From assembly GCA_025340205.1 (NCBI GenBank), contig CP006868.1, forward strand, positions 570,001-602,000: 32,000 nt of DNA, in the 5' to 3' direction. This stretch comes from Ignicoccus pacificus DSM 13166 (GTDB lineage: Archaea; Thermoproteota; Thermoprotei_A; Sulfolobales; Ignicoccaceae). The stretch's first letter is position 1. The number at the start of each line of letters is the position of its first letter. A model generated the notes under the pieces. It searched no databases. It was given only the letters and a program-made list of their open reading frames with translations, and was not told the DNA's origin. A program made the translations under genes and the position numbers. This document shows, piece after piece, positions 31,637 to 32,000 of the stretch.

Positions 31637-32000
31637 CGAGGTACTATGATGCCATCGCCCGAGGCTACGATGAACTATATGGAGAGGAGCAAGAGAGGAA
31701 ATATTATGTCGGTTTGAAGATCCTCCCACCTAAGGAGAGGGTGCTGGACGCCGGGTGTGGGACTGCCTTGCTCTCGGAGCACGTCGAGGGATACTACTTA
31801 GGAATTGACATAAGCATCGAGATGCTAAAGATAGGAAAAGAGAAGATAAGAGGTGAAACTAAGGACTTGGTTCTAGGAGACGTCCAGCTCCTCCCCCTGA
31901 GAAGTAAGAGCTTCGCTACTTGCTACTCCTTCACAGTCCTTCAGAACGTGGAGGACCCCCACAAGGCTTTGGAGGAACTGAGGAGGTGTTGTTCCTCTTG
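31623..32000 (+). CDS. Class I SAM-dependent methyltransferase (3' end outside window; start codon unresolved)
   Basis: The frame reads YYDAIARGYDELYGEEQERKYY...RVLDAGCGTALLS (motif I)...LVLGDVQLLPL...FTVLQNVEDP and runs off the window end. There is no ATG, GTG or TTG in frame between the TAA at 31620-31622 and the conserved N-terminus. Confidence 0.6.

Noticed and set aside
1-32000. CRISPR array or cas genes to accompany the Csa3-like regulator, and integrase, transposase or att sites to delimit the AT-rich island
   Set aside because: I saw no regularly spaced 24-40-nt direct repeats anywhere, and no recognisable Cas, integrase or transposase motifs in any listed ORF. The window may simply not include them.

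Overview
Dense archaeal chromosomal window. Gene content and signals suggest a hyperthermophilic Thermoproteota (crenarchaeote-like) genome: class V fructose-1,6-bisphosphate aldolase/phosphatase, ThyX, a UPF0201-type protein, TATA-like boxes, poly-T terminators, many GTG/TTG starts and 4-nt stop/start overlaps. I support about 34 protein-coding genes. I recognised no rRNA, tRNA, CRISPR array, integrase or transposase. Recognisable housekeeping genes are uppS, dut, thyX, fbp, trxB, pstS, a geranylgeranyl-reductase-family flavoprotein, an ADP-forming acyl-CoA synthetase ATP-grasp protein, a tRNA-binding-domain protein, an S8 protease and a class I methyltransferase cut by the 3' window edge. 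The best candidate for a novel system is the first ~4.4 kb. This visibly AT-rich island carries a 5'-truncated SF2 helicase whose stop abuts the start of a 734-aa DUF1998/MZB-like protein, plus a convergent multi-pass membrane protein. The pair resembles DISARM DrmA/DrmB or a split Druantia DruE or MrfA, and the window edge cuts the locus. Other points of interest: (1) an orphan Csa3-like (CARF + wHTH) regulator co-transcribed with a divergent Endo IV-like TIM-barrel gene, divergent from thyX, with no CRISPR or cas nearby; (2) a 1158-aa surface protein with a ~295-codon tandem duplication and a signal-less paralogue 2 kb downstream; (3) a membrane-anchored glycosylation-sequon-rich coiled-coil protein; (4) a pilin-like class III signal peptide protein; (5) a multi-pass membrane protein fused to PA14 domains; (6) a JAMM/MPN-like protein with a shortened metal motif; (7) an unlisted 41-codon ORF linked by ATGA and GTGA overlaps; (8) two structured non-coding regions; (9) a methyltransferase ORF with no usable start codon. 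All family assignments come from motif recognition by eye, not from searches.
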